Of a stretch of 64,000 bases of DNA, positions 12,925-29,142 are shown piece by piece. Source of the DNA: the human T2T-CHM13v2.0 reference genome, Homo sapiens; NCBI RefSeq assembly GCF_009914755.1, contig NC_060929.1; one strand, written 5' to 3'. The translations under genes and the position numbers were made by a program. Under the pieces are notes generated by a model. That model saw nothing but the letters and a program-made list of their open reading frames with translations. It did no database searches and was not told where the DNA came from. Positions within the stretch are counted from its first letter, which is position 1. The number at the start of each line of letters is the position of its first letter.

Positions 12925-14280
12925 GACTTCCAGTTAAACACAGAAAACTGATCATTCATTTTCACTAGAAATCCTACTTGAAACAGCACTAAAATATCAG
13001 TTAAAGAATTTTTTATAGGTAAAAACCAGAAAGAATAAAGAAAACAGAGGAGGGAAATACAGCAACGCAATTTTAAAAACCAGAAAACACTAGGATGAAT
13101 GGTTGCTGACCTATAAGTGGTTACTACCATCCAGATGTAGGCACATTTATGGTATAGCAGCCTGGAAAACCTCAGGAATTGATGGTACTAGGCACATCTG
13201 ATAGAGAGTAGGTAATGCTGAAAACAGATGTACTGTTGGCATGTCTCTCAAATCACACCTCACACACTATAGAATTGCTTATTCCCCCTTTTCCCTTCAC
13301 AGCCAAAGACTGTGAGGTACATTAAGCTCAAGAACATAGGTTCTAGTGGAGGAAGGGGAAGGGTCATAATACTGGAAACAAAGGGATTTAGTGAAAGACA
13401 ACACATTAAATGGTGAGGTCTCAAGCCTCCATCTTCTACTAGATTCTGTGCATGATGGCAGTCAAGTTTACAGCTTATGGCAAGAGATTAGACTACGGGT
13501 TTGAAACAATGGCCTACTGCTTGTTTTTATAAAGTTTTATTGGTATATAGCCATATCTTTTGTTTATGTATTGTCTGTGGCTACTTTTGTGCTACAATGG
13601 CAGAGTTAGCCAATAAGGCCTAAAATATTTGCTACCGGCTTTTACAGAGAAACTTTGCTGAACCCTAGGCTAGAAACTCCTTACAAGGAAACTGACTGGG
13701 ACAAGTAAACCATCTATAGAAACTGAAAACCAGAGTTTCCAAATGAAATGGCTCAGCATGTATGTAAATCCTGCAATAAATCTACCACTAGACAAAGCCC
13801 ATCTATGCAAATAGAATTGACAAACATCTTTGCAGTGAGTGCTTAGCTTCCCTTTAAATATAAAATAACATCCAAGGATTACCAAACATTTAAACAAAGT
13901 CTATAACACGAAATACAAAGATTAGAAAGAAAAATGCAGAGATTGGAGCTAAAAGAATCAATGAAGGTAGCAGAAGGAAAAAATGAATATACATACACAT
14001 ATATATGCAATGTCCTTGGATAAATAGATGGCATCAATTAAATGAAAAAGGGTTATACAAAAGAAGTATTCAGATAAAGCATTTTAAAATTAGATATACA
14101 ATACCTGAAAAAAAATTCACATGACATTCTGGAAGTTCAAAGAAATCTAGAAAGTAGAAGAACAAAAAAAGGAAAGCAACAAATAACTAATCTCAGAAAT
14201 TTTCTAAAGTGAAAACACTAGTGTTTCCAGATTGAGTGGTGAAACTGAGGGCTCACCACAATGTAAGAAAATAATACATA
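12925..14280 (+). mobile_element. Ancient HAL1/L1M-like 5' region, interrupted by MER58A
   Basis: Starts gacttccagttaaac; A-rich ORF1-like stretch; atccaaggattaccaaacattt; gtttccagattgag. Confidence 0.5.
13495..13668 (+). mobile_element. MER58A hAT-Charlie MITE
   Basis: ataaagttttattggtatatagcca...gctacttttgtgctacaatggcagagtt...cctaaaatattt...tttacagagaaactttgctgaaccct. Confidence 0.85.
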
Positions 14281-14347
14281 TTTCTTCTAGGGCTCTGATA
14301 CCAAATTAATTGGCAAATCTCAGCTTTTGAAACTGGCAGAATTTATA

Positions 14348-14406
14348 TTAGGTTGGTGCAAAAGTAATTGCTGTTTTTGCCATTAAAAGTAACACAATTA
14401 CTTTTG
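14348..14406. mobile_element. MADE1 (Hsmar1-derived MITE), partial
   Basis: ttaggttggtgcaaaagtaattgctgtttttgccatta followed by a partial inverted arm caattacttttg. Confidence 0.85.
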
Positions 14407-15670
14407 TTTGTTATATTGACCATATATTTATTACATACAATACAAATTCAAATTCTGTTGAATTTGAGAAAAGAGCTAATATATGGTCAAATTAACCAGT
14501 TTTTGTTCAGGTAATCTCATTGTAGATGTTTTGTTTATCACAAGTTCAGATTATTTTGCAAAATGAATCCAAAATACCTAGGCTAGATGCTTCACAACTA
14601 ACTCAATGGCTCAACAATTCGTGTAACATTTTAGGACATTCGATGATAGTAGTGTCCACTCTGAGGAAGTACGGCTGTTTCCTCCCAAGTAATCACAGAA
14701 AGTCCGAAGTTCCCAAAAGCAATCCAAGAGAATCCATTTTGCCAAAGAATATCCCAAAAGTATTTTATGAGAATATATATATCAAAAATGCTGTGAAAAA
14801 AGCATTAATAGAAAAAGTGATTTAAGATTTTTTCTTCCTCGTCTTTTTGCACCTTACAGATATAAAATTCAAAACTGATGTTAACTTTTTTATTACACAG
14901 ATTTTAATAGGCTTATCTCTCTATAGTAATGGAGAACTTCTGAAAACCAAAATAGAAATATGGTTTGTTTGCATAAAAGTTCAGTGCCTGGCTCTTAGAA
15001 GGTAATCAAAATTTTAGAAGGTAATCAGAATTTTAAGATTTAATTTAAAAGTTTAAATTGTATTCATGTCTTTAAATTCAATAAGAAATAAGACATATCA
15101 TATGTTCACATTATTTTCACCTCTTTATGAAGTGAAATTATTTAAAACTGATTTCAAAATGTCTTCAAACTTAGGTTTGGTGGGTTTGCCAATACAACTT
15201 TAATATATTCAGAATTACTTCATAAATATCCATTCATATCAGTTTATAGTCTTGACTTTTGTCTTGATGTTATTGACTGTGCATCTTCATGGGCAGAAAG
15301 ACATGAAATCTTATAATAAATCTTGGAATCTCTTTCTAAACCTTCCTTTTCATCTATTCAATTTTTAAGTCCATTTAATTAAAGTATATCACACATAAAT
15401 CTTCCTCTCTACTGTCATAGCTAGTACTCTAGATCAGGCCCTAGTCACTTATGGCTAGGCTAACTAATACAGTAGAAATCCGAGGGGTCTTTGTGTATTG
15501 AGCCTCTTGTCTAGTATATCCTGTAGGTGAATTACAAGGAGTTACTCCTTGGCTCAGAATCTTTGAGTGGATTCCAGGGCGTTCAGAAAAGTCCAATATT
15601 CAGTATAATGATAGCCAATAACCATGTGACCTGCCACCAATCTCTAATTCTGGCCCTATTATAAACATAG

Positions 15671-15671
15671 A

Positions 15672-15714
<43 letters not shown>
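15671..15714. repeat. (CA)n microsatellite
   Basis: Direct reading of the sequence. Confidence 0.95.
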
Positions 15715-15717
<3 letters not shown>

Positions 15718-15841
15718 CACACCATCCTCTCAGTGTTACTGGCCTTGCTTTGCTCTTTGCCATATCACTTTCTCTTCTAGAAAGCCTCTCTTTTATATTT
15801 TCTTATGCTAATAAACATCTTCCAAAGACCCAGATATAATA

Positions 15842-16334
15842 CAGATATTGCAAATAGGTGGTTTGGTGGTTTGCAGGTCAAAAGTGGGCATCAAATATAT
15901 TTTGTTAAACTGTGTGTGTATATAATATATATGTAGGCATATATGAATTTATGAAATATAATCAGTTTATATATTATATATTATATCTAATTTTATAAAA
16001 TATAAAAACATAGATATATAAATAATATATACATATATAAATACACTTTAAAAAATTTGAAAGGTTGAAGATTGCACATAGAACTTTGGCTTTGTAGCTT
16101 CGCTTGAGAAATCAGAAGTCTTTGTCACGTAAGGGTCCTTATCCTAGAAGGTAATAATTAGCTAGAGCTAAGGAAACGTTGTCCTCTTTAAAAGGATATA
16201 CACTCTCCAGTTTTCCTTGGTCCCTACCACTCCCCTTTATATTACAGATGGTTTACCCAGTTGTTCATTTATGCCACTCTCCTCTCCTCTTTAACCTTTG
16301 TTATCCCTGTAGACTTTTGAATCGGTAACCTCTG
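15842..16334 (+). mobile_element. MER102-like hAT element with an internal AT-rich expansion
   Basis: cttgagaaatcagaag, ctagagctaagg, ctctccagtt..tccctaccactccc, ccctgtagacttttgaatcggtaacctctg. Confidence 0.7.
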
Positions 16335-18439
16335 TTTCCTATCTTCTTCTCTGTGAAAACTTGTCTGATTACTCCATTCACTTCAGATCCCTGCTTTCTC
16401 TGCAGTCCTATAGATTTTTAAAGTACTATTTTTCCATCTTATTAACAACAAAACAAACAAATAAATACAAAAATCTACGACCAAAAGCAACATTTGATGC
16501 CTTTCTCCACTAATGCTTTTTAAACTCCTTGAGAGTTGTATTAAGTCTCATTTGATGTTTTTCCTCTCAAGGAATTTAGTTTAGTAAAGCACAAATACTT
16601 TGCGATATTGTTTTTCTTCAGAGGGTAAATGAGTAAATAATGAGGCTTCCCTAAAATAATTTTCAATAAATATAATTTGCCACTTCACTAAAATGACAAA
16701 TATACAGATATAGCTCAATGAGATCACTGACATACATAACAATCATTAAGAGTTGTCACTTAACTATTTCTTTTATTGTATTTTACTTTCCATGGCTAAA
16801 TAATCTGCCATTCTTTAAGCTCTGCATTTGGTAGTCTCATTTGCACATGTGTTTTTCTCATATCTTCTGCAATTATCTTAATGGAATGCTTATTTGGGCC
16901 CTCACAGATCTTGCCATATGGAAATAACTTGTTACTTGCTATGATCTTACGTATTACTTCAGCATCTCCACACACTTTTGTATGCAACATGCAAAACTCA
17001 GTCTTCATTAGTGGTAGAGTGATTTGTTCAAGGAGACAGACAGGGTAATTAAATCTTACAGAGTCAACCTATTAAGCCCAAATTACTTAGAAGACTATAA
17101 ATTTAGAGCCATTGCCCTTCTTTTTAAGTTGGGCAAAACGTGGAGTTTGGTTCCATGAATTCTTGGTCTTAGATTTGTTTGAATGATTTGATTATCTGGT
17201 TCCAGGGAATTAGAGTGGACTCACATTTTTTAAATTGACTAAAATGTAGCTGTTAAAACAGAATAAAAATTGACTAACGGATTACTTGAAAATTGACAGC
17301 ACAACTCCTGATAGATTAAAAACCCTAACATCTTCTTTATCATTTGATCCAGGAGGAGAGAAACATAAACCATCCCTCTACTACTTAAATTTGGACCTTC
17401 ATTTAACCTTCTAAATATTCTTTCATTTCGTATGTGTTGGCTCTGGAAAACATGAATGATATGCTCATCAAGAGAATTAAAGTACAGTTGTTGTATATTA
17501 GTCTAAGGGAATTATCAGGTCTCTTTAATAATAGGAGTGTATCTTTGCAATCAATCAGCTATTCATTAATAGAAATAGCAAATTTGTCTTCATTTCTAAA
17601 AAATATTATTTAGTTAGACTGAGACTCTTCCTACGTGTTGTATAATTGCTTTACAACCCTTTTAAAATTACTGTCATTTTTGCTTTTTATTAGCAGAGTT
17701 CATTTTTGTCATGTCTATGTGATTGCAACTAAATCAGATTAAACTACAAGATTTAGTTTGGCTGATTTATATACCACTAAGTGTTGTTTTTTTATCTTGG
17801 TAAATAAACAGTAATGATGTAGTTTGAATATAGAGGTATTCTATATTACTCATCATATGTATGTATTAAGAAATAAAAAACTAGCTGCTTAGATGACAGC
17901 ATCAGCTTTGGCAGACAAAAATGTTGAACTTGGGTTTAGTGTCCCCTTTGACAGTAACTTCCTTAGACTTCTGAAAATGTATGCTGAACCAGTGAGACTA
18001 TGAGGCTAATCTGTTTTCCTGTTCCTACTATCTTTCTAAGAGTGCGAGTTAAGAAGTATCTTTTTACTTCAATTTGCTCCCTGAAGAATAGGAAAAACAT
18101 ACAAGTTTAAATACTTAAATAAAGATCAATTTAGTCCAAAACACTGAAAAGAGTAAAATATAATTAGCCTTGACATCTGCATGCCTATTGTTTTAAACAT
18201 GATTTTTAAAATATCTAAAGATTATTGGCATTACTTACTAGTTTCCTATGTAAATAAAAAGTGTATGGACTTGGTATCATTATTCAGGCTGTTTTCTAAA
18301 AAAATCATTAACAGTTTCTTTTATGTACAGTTAGTGGACATGATTAGTAAACATCTGAATAATGTTCTCTTCTTTTTCCTTTCAGGTAAACTTTTACTGA
18401 AATTTTCAGGTAAATTTTTGTTTCAGGCAAATTTGTGCT

Positions 18440-19150
18440 AAATTGTTATACCAACAACAAAGCATATAAATCATAATTATTTAGCTTTTTCTGTACAATT
18501 GTATGCAAAGTGAACACAGCCATATAAAAAGTACTCAGATCAAGATGCAGAACATTACCAGCAACCCTGAAACCCACTCATATCCTTTCCCAGACACCGT
18601 CCTTCCAAAAATAACTACTATTCTGGTTCTAAGACATAGATTAATATTTTTCTGTTTCTTAAAGCACAATGTATATACCCTTTTGGCTGGTTTCTTATTG
18701 ATCTCATTTTTGAATTCAACCATGTTATTGCTTGAAGCAATAATTTGTTTGTTCTAATGATGTGCAGTATTTTGTCATATGAATAAAACAAAGAGTATTT
18801 GGTTTGTTTCTCCTTTGAGGTTTTCATAAATAAGGATGTCATAACATGATTAAACATGTCTTTCTATTGGGCATGCACCTAGAACTGCTATTGTTAGGTC
18901 AAATGGTAGGCATATATTCGACTTGGCAGATGCTGCCAAATAGTTTTCCTAAGTGATGTTTTCCAATTTACACTCCCATCAATAGTGTATGAGAATTCCA
19001 TCTCTTTCAAAACCTTGCCAACACTTGGTGTTGACTGTCTTTTTCATTTCAGGCATTCTGCTGGGAATATATAAATATCACATTGTAATTTAATTTGAAT
19101 TTATCTAATAACTAATTAATTCAAGAATCTTGTCATGTGTTTATTTGCTG
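18440..19150 (-). mobile_element. Ancient L1ME/L1MC 3' fragment
   Basis: cagatcaagatgcagaacattaccagcaaccctgaaacc; ccaatttacactcccatcaatagtgtatgagaattcc. Confidence 0.8.
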
Positions 19151-20439
19151 TACAGACTAGTATTCTGAGAGTCTGAACAAATTCAAATCATATCCATATG
19201 GCTTCTTAGCATTAGTGCTCAAACTGTCGTTTTGTAGGACTGGGACTTTAGTAGAAGATCTGAGTCTATATGCCATTGGGAATAAAATAATGAAGCAAAA
19301 ACATTCCTCCTACACCCCTCCAATATCACCATGCCTATCCTCAATGCTTGCAAAAGTAGATCAGCTTAGGGTGAGGGATGATTGGGTAGGTATAAAAGAG
19401 ATGTCTAATGGAGCTAAAGATACAAAATGTCATGGCATGCATGATTTTTCCATTGTGGAACATATATTTAACCTAAAAAATGTCAATCAGTCTAACAAAC
19501 CAAAAAAGGAACATCGATCACATCATAGTATAGAGCACCCATGGTGAAGACTGAGAATCAGATGAGGCAGCACACAAGCATTCCCTGCATTCTGTGGTCC
19601 ACATTGCAGGAAACAATCCTCCCGTACCACCACCACTCCCCGTCCCCACACACTGTCCATTAGGTATCAGCTAACAAAGACTGTGGTAAAGGAAACTCGA
19701 AGCCAATGTATAAGCAAATACTCAGGATTTTCTGAAAATAGCAAGGGCCTTAAAACAAGAAAACACCAACACCAAAGGTCAGCAAGAGATAATAGTAGCA
19801 AAAGCCATACAAAAAAGAAATAGAAACTATTATCATGGCCACATTAATTCTAGTTCCTCCTAATATACTGAGCAGGGAGGGTCTAGAAAACTATATTAGA
19901 GTAGAATCTCATAAGACTTAAAAAGGGTCTTAAGCATGAGAGGAACAGAATGGCAGAGGGAAAAAAGACTTGAAGGGATTGTATTCTTTACACAAATTAT
20001 CTTTGATCTAATTTTAAATATAGGTAAATTTCTCAAATGGCCCAAGTGAAGATGTTTTTAAGACACAGTAAATTAAGGAAAGGCAAAAGGGAAGAAAGCC
20101 AACTGGGACAGGTAATTTGGAAAGTGAAGAAGACAGAACTAATAAGCCAACATGTATTGAACATCTTTTGTGTTCTGAGATAGGGAGTGAAGCACCCATC
20201 TGAAAGCAAGTGTGTGAACTGTGGGAGAAAAATCAGCCCAGGAGCAATGATTTCACACATCAGTCCTTGGAGGTATGTTGTACCCAATGAGGACACAATC
20301 ATGGTGTCATGCAAATGTTGCCACTATGTACTCTGTCCTTAATCTTTGTCAATTCAGTCTTTTCTAAGGATTCGAAATAACAGAAAGAAAAATTGTAAAG
20401 TTGTTTTGCTTGTCTGCCTGCCTGCCTGCCTGCCTGCCT

Positions 20440-20740
<301 letters not shown>

Positions 20741-21268
20741 TGCTTTCTTTTCTTTTTAAAATATGACCATTTAACCCAATTTCCTGCCTTAAGTCTTATG
20801 AATGGATCTCCTCTTTTGGGATTTTGACACATGCGGTGTTCCCTTTGCCATCTCTGCCTTGCCATTGCTCCTCTTGCCATACCCATCTCCTTTCCTCTTT
20901 TGAGAGAGACATATATTTGTCTCTCCATTTGTTTTACAAAGGAATCTGGATGGCTGGGAAGGAAGGGCTATTTTTCCTCTTGGCATGCTGTCAGGCATTT
21001 GTGGCATGTTGCAGTTGAGACTGTGTTTATTTTTGCATTGTATATCAGTCTAATTTAATATGATTCCTGCATAAAACTGTCCACCCATACACACACACAT
21101 TTATATATTTTATTTTATAGTCAGGGAATAAGGATTTTTCACCTCTAAAAGAACAACTGGCAGACTGTGGTTGCTGCCTGCCTACTGAATAGTTTATTGA
21201 GAGCATAGTTAAATTGACATGAGACTTGTCATAACATTTCAAGTTATCTTTGGAGTAGGAGCCATGAT

Positions 21269-21311
<43 letters not shown>

Positions 21312-24299
21312 TTTCTCTTTCTTCTTTTCTTCTTTCTTTCTTTCTTTCATTCTTATTCTTCTATTTAATGTCTTTTCATTCTATTAAGCTCAGGGTCGGC
21401 TTAACTCAGTAACTTGGACTTGACATCATACCTAACTTTTAATTTTTAAGAATTCGGGTTTGAGAAATAAAGTTCCAGATCTGATGAAGGACTGCATGGT
21501 GTTAAATTTGATAACTACCTCAATATAGTACATAAAATTAAAAATCTCCCATGTTTTCCCTGCTTCAGGAAGCTGGAATGGTAGGACAGTCCACCTGCCT
21601 TTATGAAACAGTGTAACTCCCATTCCTCCATCCTGTCCCTGGCAACTTTGTATCCTCATTTATTTTATTTTGCTTATTTGAGATAAAAAAGGATAGGAAC
21701 AAATAAAGTAAATCACTTGAGACCTCAGAGAAAAATTGTACTGTAGGGCATGTTAGCACTTACTAGCCTATTATCTGTATTCTACTGTGTCTCTACACTA
21801 TGGAATTATTAAATTTATTTTGATCCATACAAACCATTGTCCTGTGAATAATGTGACACCCTAAAAGCATCAAGTAAGAAGTTCTGCTGTCTCTGCTATT
21901 TTAAATGAGCATGTGTAGTTTCACTTCTCTTCCTCTCAATTGACTCCTCCCAAAAGAGTATAATTAGCAATAGTTTCTGGGTTACTGTACCTATTTAGCA
22001 TGTCAGTAAAGACCTAGAGATCAATGGGCAACATCAAGGCAGTAGTCCAGGTTTCATGAATAAATTTCCCCAACCATGAAATTCAAATCGGTTCATTCGG
22101 ATGCCACATAGAAAGCTGGAATGTGATGCCTCCCAGATAGAATCCCAGGGAGTGCCTTCAGCGGGGAAATAATGGTCTAGCAGACACTGCTCTCCATGAG
22201 GGGTAAGCAACAGCATCATGAAGTTAGAATAAAGACTCATTACAGGAAACTCTGAACATTTGCCTCAGATGCTACCACCCTGAGACCCCAGGCTTTCTCA
22301 GAGAATGAGTCCAAATGAATACATCTGGGACATAATAAGCCAAACCACAGAGATTTTGCACTGAAAAATAAAAAGCAGCAATGCTGGAAGTGAGCCAAAG
22401 GTTACAGTAAGCCATGATCATATCATATACTGTGGATGTCCAAGATGAAATATGGATGTGCCCATGTGATGAATGGCATATGGCCAAAACAGAAAACACA
22501 CTTGCCCTTTGACGTTAAGTTCCAGGCATCTACACGTGGGAGACATTTCCATGAAGGAAAAAGCGCTCAAAATTGGAAAATAAAGCAATTGAGAAGTTGA
22601 TGTTGATGGAAAGATGAAATGAGTTTAATAGAGACAGGTTGCCTTTATAAACAAAAAGACAAAGAGTTATACAAGATCTTGAAGAATTTGTTCTCTATAT
22701 CCCTAATATCTAGAAGAGTTCCTGGCACATGGTTATTATTCAATATACATCAGATGAATGAATGGCTTTCAAATATAAACATTGCTATAAAGAAGTCATC
22801 ACTGTGCCCTATAGGAACATACAACCACAAGGTATTTTTAAGGTTTTCCTTTAAATGCTTGAGAAGTAATTTAAACAGAGTAGACTCAGATATTCTTTCT
22901 AACCTCAAGACAAAGTTTATGTGCTCTCATAATTCACAAAGGGAAGGTGAACTTTTTAATAAAGCCGACAAGCAAAATTCTCTTGATTGTGGGACATTCC
23001 AGGCCTGTGAATAAGCCTTTACAGCTGTGCCAACATTCATAGACAGAAGCAGAAGCTTGTAATTGATCACATATCATAGATTCCCCAGAAGAAATTGTGA
23101 ACTCTAAAAGCATGCACCCCATTTGCCACCTAGTACCCTGTTCTTGCTCCTATTTAGATGTATAAATGAAACTTAGTAAGTTATATTTTGCCGTATATGA
23201 GGATTTGGGGCTTTGTCTCGGCTTTGTCTCAAATAACTTCAGCAATAGAATTATACTTTAAATCTTGGCTGATTTTTGAATAGCCAAAATGTATTCATTG
23301 TGTGGCTGCAAACATGTAATGTGGTATGCACTTGATCAAAACTTTTAACAAATTGCAAGAAAAGATATATGCTTCCCATATGGGAAGTCGGAAATGAAAG
23401 GGCAATGCTTATGATTCAACACTGCAATGTTTAAATAGTTGTTCCTGGTAAAATTAATTCAGGATTCTAGCTCTGTAGAGGAGATCAAAAGGAAAACTGT
23501 AGAAACTGTTGCTATCTTGACAGATCATCTGCAGCAAAAACAAAAAAAAGAGTAACTTCTATGGGAAGATTAGGATGTGTGAGCACTGAGGCTTTATGAA
23601 AAGGTGCATTCAAGGTCTTTCTTTTAATAGAGTTTGAATGCTTGATAATAAGCATATTGTTCACAGAGTTTTGGGACGTGATGACAGAGTCTATTTTGTG
23701 ACCACCCGGCTTCCTCTGGCTAACATTAATTATATGCAGAAATGTAAGTTGTGAAGTGGACGACTGGAAAATAAGCATACCAACATGTGGATGGGCTTTC
23801 ATGTAACTGGATCACCTTCTGCTTCTAAGTAGTTAGAGTCCTACATGGTTACTCTTAGCCTCCTTTTGGTTGAGGCTATTCTTCAATTCAAATCCCAGAT
23901 GAGCGATCAAGTGCAATGTTTTCTACACTAAATACCTGTTCTATGCAAATTAATTGTTAAGGGTTAGATTGGCATTAAATGCAATTATTAACTTATTGAA
24001 ATAATGTGGAAGGAATACAGCCAGGAAGAGACACATGTCAGACCATTTCAAGATCTCAAAATGAAAGAACAACATGTGGGTCCTCTACTGGTTCTTTAGA
24101 TCCCATTTTGTGTTCCACACTGGGTAGGGTTGCTTCAAGCCACATTGTTCTTATGTTACTCTTCTTTTTAGAAGTTGGCAGTGAAGCCCTAGTCACAAAC
24201 CCTGTGCATACCTTCCTTGTTCTCTGCAGAATTTATCTAGTTGTTCATTCCCCTTTTCATTGGATTCCAGGCCAATGAATTTCCCTCTTTCTGCCATCT

Positions 24300-24870
24300 C
24301 TCTGACTCTAACTTGGATGCTTAATGTTCCTCTCCTTTAAATTTAATGTAAATTTCCCACAGGATTCTGCCTTTGGCTGTCCTTTCTTTTCCCTTCTAGA
24401 GTTATCTTTCATTCATGCCTTCTGCTTAAGAATCCTAAATCAAGAAACATGTTTTTCACTCACCCTATTTGCAAGGGACTACAGCCATTCTCCTCATAAA
24501 TGTCCTGTCAGCACCTCCAATTTGACATGCCTATAACTAATCATCTACTTTCTTCTTTATGTATTCTATACTATGTCTCATCATACTCTCAATTGGCAGA
24601 AGCTACTGCTCCAGTCGGACAGACTCAAAACTGTAGAGTCCTTCCTATAGTAGGTCTGCATTATAAATTTAGTGCTAATCTTGTAATAATGTAAGGAAGT
24701 AAATTGCGCTTCTTTACTGTCTTTCACATGTATCCCTTTCCTTTCTATTATTGCTACCAATCATCTAGCTAAGAACTGTGTCTCTCTCGTAAACAATATC
24801 TATAAGAGGATTTGTCCTACTGCAATTCCTTCCTTGAACTTACACCTCTGTTCATCAGACAAGCATTACT
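24300..24870 (+). mobile_element. L2 LINE fragment
   Basis: ttcccacaggattctgcctttggc..; gcacctccaatttgacatgcctataacta; pyrimidine-rich L2-like sequence. Confidence 0.55.
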
Positions 24871-25849
24871 ATTACCATCACCATTGTGTAGAATGGTAAG
24901 AAAAGTATTATTAAAGCAGAACTCTGGTCAAGCCATCCCCAATTATATAACTTTCAATGGTTTCCAAATACTTCCTAAAAAGTAAAGTACAAGAAAAACA
25001 AGGAAGACTAATTCTAAAGCAAAAAGCCATTGGGTTATATGAAAGGAAGACTGGAAGAAGAATCAAAGATAATAGCAAATATTTTCCACGTATAAGCTGA
25101 AGGACTGTGGATATGTGGTGAGTTATTACTAAATTATGCAAAGAACCATAATTTGCTTATTCAAATCATTACTCTCTTGGACAACTTCCTTTCCTAGACA
25201 CCTTAGTATTATTCTATAGGTATACATGTATAAAATGAATGTATTTCCCAATGATGTATTATGGAATCCGATCAGTCATATGCTTGTAGAAATGGGGCTG
25301 GGAAGACAAGTGAGGACCCTGTGGGAAGAGGCCTGTGGCTTGGTGTTACCGGCAAAAGGCTGAACAACTTCTGAATTTTGCCAAGTCTAGAGAAATGCTG
25401 CTCCGATACATCTCTAAATATCAGCAGGTCTGTTTTTGGTCAATGACTAGCTGTGACACCTAGAAGGGAAGCAATGATACTAAGAGTTAACAGCTTTTCC
25501 CAATCTGTACCAATCACATTTATTTCTGAAGAAACCCTTTGATGTACTGAAAGCTCTAGAACAAGAAAATTACTTTCTATCTAAAAGGCTCCATCATACC
25601 TAACAATGAAAATCACATACAATCCTTCAAATCCAAATAAAAGTTCATTTTCCATAAAGCCTTTCTAAGTTATTAGAAAGGTTTTTGTCCTCTGTATTTT
25701 ATAGCTATTTTTCTGAATCTCAGTTATAATCTATTATGTCGTGTTGAATATATTAGAAATATAATGTAATGTATTATCTCTTAATGTATTCTACATTCCT
25801 CAGTGTCCACAATGGAAGGAGAGAACATGAAATATAAGATCGAAAAACG

Positions 25850-26045
25850 TGTTTGAGAACCATCTCTGGGACATATGAGTTTTGTGAGGAACTTTGAATG
25901 AGGTCCATAACCTTTTTGATACCCACTTTCATAATCTGCAAAACACCAACAATAATATTTTCTCAAACAAGTGGTATACAAGAACTTTGCTGATTAATCT
26001 AGAGGTACTTTGTAAATGATAATGTGCTCTGCAAATATTACTTAC
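25850..26045 (+). mobile_element. MIR/MIR3, degraded
   Basis: ctttcataatctgcaaaa...gtactttgtaaatgataatgtgctctgcaaatatt. Confidence 0.5.
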
Positions 26046-27064
26046 TATGCACATCCTACTCTGTACCTAACCGGAATCTTTAATATATGAGGCACTCAAT
26101 AAATGCTAAATGCCTGTAGAATCAAATTGAATTTCAACCCTTCAAGGTGGAATAGGAAATATTAAAACAAAATTTAGAAAAGACACTTTATATGCACAGA
26201 TTGTTTTTATAGATAAATGATTTCCCAAATGAATACCAACAAATAGGAAATTGTATTGGCGGTAGCTCAATATCTGGAATGTTCTGCTTTAAACCAACGT
26301 GTATCTTCATCATTTTTATTTGGTATTATCAAGAAAATAGAATGTAGTCAGGCTTGATAGCATTGCCTTAGGATCTAAAAGACAGAAAGAGCACATTTAT
26401 AAAAGAGAGACAAATAGAAAGTGAATGAGGAAAAGGGAAATTAATCACTGGGGAGAGACAGGGAAAACGTAACTTCAGTCTAATGAATGCTATGATTGCA
26501 CTTCCCTGCTTTCACATCAGTGGGGCAAGTGAACATCCAGAATAACAAGGAATCACTTTGCTTTATAGCACTTATGATCTTTACACAAAGTATGAATGTT
26601 TTCTGAAATCTTATCAGACCTGTATATACCTTAAGTTTGAGGAGAAGATATGAGTTTGGTTGCTAGCTACTCCACATTCAACATAGAACGAAGGTCCTAT
26701 TACTCCTATTTTACAACCGAGAAAACTGAAACACAAAGAGATTTCCAGTGATACTTAAAGATAATTTAAGAGAGCCCAAAGTTATAGTGCCTTTGAGCCT
26801 AGGAGACAGAGTGAGTCCTGCCAATGATAAGATCCATATTCTGTGCAAAATCAGTGTGTTCCAATTCATCAATGACATTCACCATTCAAGGCCTGAATGA
26901 CATTCACCTCTTGGGGACTGGAGGGTAACACCCTGGTTACAGATAGTGTTTTAATGGTGGAACCAACCATGGTTTCCTACAGATCTGTGATTCCTAGATG
27001 ACTTCTCAGGAAGACATCCTGAACAAGAGAGCCAGAGAAAGTGGGAAAAAAAATAGGGCAGGCC

Positions 27065-27260
27065 TAATAGCAATCATAACCATAGCTAGCATTCTCTGAA
27101 TGCTTACTATGTGCTGGGAAATATGGTGCATTCTTGATAGGTGGTTCCTTGCTGTTCCTCACAATGACCCTATGAGGCAGGTACTGTTATTATTCCATTT
27201 TACAGGTCCAGTATGGAGATAGAAATAGCCACTTGGCTCCAAACACTTTGCTCTTAACAA
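27065..27260 (-). mobile_element. MIR SINE
   Basis: tgaatgcttactatgtgctggg...cctcacaatgaccctatgaggcaggtactgttattattccattttacagg. Confidence 0.85.
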
Positions 27261-28070
27261 GTGAAAGTGCCTTCATACTACACCAATCATATGATATAAC
27301 TGAAGCCAGCAGAGTGTTTTTGAATAGGCGTGTCAGATAGTTCACTTGGGGGTACCTATAAACAACTGTGATGAGTTTGAGAAGGGAATTAAGGGACTAT
27401 GTGAATGAATGGGGACCTAAGCCCTTATGGGTTTTCACTGCTAAAGAAATCCAAGTTTTTCCTGACCTCGGTAGCCTGAAAGTACAACTAGAGTTGTCGT
27501 ACTCTGGATACTTGGAAGATGCTCATGGGACTCACATTCCTTTCAGAAAATTTCCCTCAATTTTTCTGGCATCTGTGGATAGTGGAAAAAATATTTCTCT
27601 GTTGCTGTTTTATTCCAGTTTCCTGGTTAGTATCTTATCAAAGCTACTTTTACCATTGTAAATCTTTTGGTTCAATCTTAGTGTGTTTTGTTGTCTTCTG
27701 TCTTCTTATGGTGGAAGTATCATGGACAACTGGATGATCAAAGTATGTATCAGAGAGAAGGAAGTGGAGGATAAACATGTAAGGTGGAGAAGAAAGGCTG
27801 ACCTCAGAGTGTGTGTCTCACAGCTGCTTCTTTGTAATGCTTTGGGGTCCCTTTTTTGTGGAAAATGTAAACATACAGGACTATGTATTTTGATGACCCC
27901 AACTTGTCAGAACCTTGTTCTTCATGCATAAATTCCCTCTAAAACCGCACACATGAACTACCTTTTCTACTACTGAAAACTGCTTCTAGATCCTTCCTCC
28001 ATACCATGTGAAAATTATGTGAATAATAACATTATAACTAGTAAAAATGAAATGTATAATAACAATTTAA

Positions 28071-29142
<1,072 letters not shown>

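Noticed and set aside
12687-13130. 147-aa ORF with HTHT repeat
   Set aside because: Read-through of an Alu fragment and a (CA)n microsatellite.
14995-15040. 19-bp tandem duplication (ttagaaggtaatca..)
   Set aside because: Ordinary two-copy slippage duplication; not an array.
26872-26909. aatgacattcacc repeated around a short quasi-palindrome
   Set aside because: Short; probably a minor repair scar with no support for function.
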